Positions 63,690 through 64,000 of a stretch of 64,000 nucleotides of DNA are shown here, in pieces (position 1 is the first letter of the stretch; every line of letters begins with the position of its first letter). The notes beneath the pieces are model-generated. The model saw only the letters and a program-made list of their open reading frames with translations. It had not been told where the DNA came from and searched no databases. Source of the stretch: an uncultured Gemmatimonadales bacterium (GTDB lineage: Bacteria > Gemmatimonadota > Gemmatimonadetes > Gemmatimonadales > GWC2-71-9); the NCBI GenBank assembly GCA_963748035.1, contig CAVVHO010000004.1, positions 477,331 through 541,330 on the forward strand. The letters are read 5' to 3'. Position numbers and translations under genes: made by a program.

Positions 63690-64000
63690 TTATTCGTCCA
63701 GTGAAAGGTAGAGCGCATCGAGGCGCGCGCGCTGCTCTTCGAGCCGGACCCGCATCTTCAGCAGCAGGACGAAACAGCAGCAGGAACGTCGCGACCGTAA
63801 ACCACAGCGGGAAGCCCATCGAGACCGGCAGCGTCGGCACGACGCTCGTCGGCGGATGAATCGTGCGCCAGTAGTTCACCGAGATGTAGATGAACGGCAC
63901 GTTGGCCATGCCGAAGAGCGCCAGGCCGGCGGCGAGCTTGTCGGAGCCCGGGCCGCCGTACTTGCGGAGCAGCAGGTACGCCACCGAGACCATCCATCCC
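63690..64000 (-). CDS. ccmC: haem exporter protein C (C-terminal part; 5' end beyond the right edge; one frameshift)
   Basis: LALFGMANVPFIYISVNYWRTIHPPTSV (Trp-rich WWRTxHP-type motif). The corrected tail FLLLFVLLLKMRVRLEEQRARLDALYLSLDE* ends at TAA 63690-63692. Confidence 0.7.

Overview
This is a 64-kb high-GC bacterial chromosomal segment. Hand counts of single 60-nt lines give about 65-73 % GC, with one island near 50 % GC at 25.1-28.4 kb. No database or profile searches were run. All calls rest on manual translation and remembered family motifs.

Gene content from left to right:
- 1-11.8 kb: a partial pentapeptide-repeat gene, then a sugar/glucan catabolism cluster. The cluster holds a long GH63 glucosidase, an SDR glucose 1-dehydrogenase, an amylo-1,6-glucosidase-type debranching enzyme, a MIP channel, GlcG plus a cupin, and two SMP-30 gluconolactonases.
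- 12.3-21.9 kb: an ECF sigma factor with two tandem zf-HC2 anti-sigma genes, an alpha/beta hydrolase, a SnoaL-like protein, a MOSC protein, a ClC channel facing a truncated ClC copy, MarR, and orphan genes.
- 21.9-28.5 kb: minus-strand ORFs (DUF1761, DoxX, FAD monooxygenase, two orphan units, DUF262 plus HEPN) separated by RYYYAAC...GTTRRRY imperfect palindromes. I read this as an integron-type cassette array with no integrase in view (CALIN-like).
- 29.3-33.7 kb: GMC oxidoreductase, VOC protein, GNAT, and a Zn-dependent glucose dehydrogenase.
- 34.0-45.7 kb: a gene of about 1820 aa (Ser/Thr kinase, STAND ATPase, GAF, sigma-54 activator). It is followed by a candidate -24/-12 promoter, STAS plus ECF sigma, an M6 metalloprotease, a lipoprotein and an outer-membrane protein.
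- 45.7-48.0 kb: two RAYT (IS200-like Y1) genes, each flanked by its own REP family.
- 48.0-64.0 kb: a housekeeping block with dapF, dtd, ttcA, a cytochrome c, an amidase, an MBL hydrolase, a GT2, YqaA, an IMPase, an RsbW-like kinase, aroA, aroK, a phosphoesterase, and ccmD/ccmC.

No rRNA, tRNA or CRISPR array was found.

Intergenic DNA is saturated with unusual modular repeats:
- period-8 word arrays that pair into hairpins
- a CTGTCATTGCGAG...CGAAGCAATC module
- a long CACCACGGAAACACGG... hairpin
- a GGTGTCACTTCAGTGACATC palindrome

Many genes, including essential ones, are broken by single-base frame changes. These are very unevenly distributed, and I read them mainly as a sequence-quality problem. 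Coordinates of frameshifted genes are reconstructed spans.
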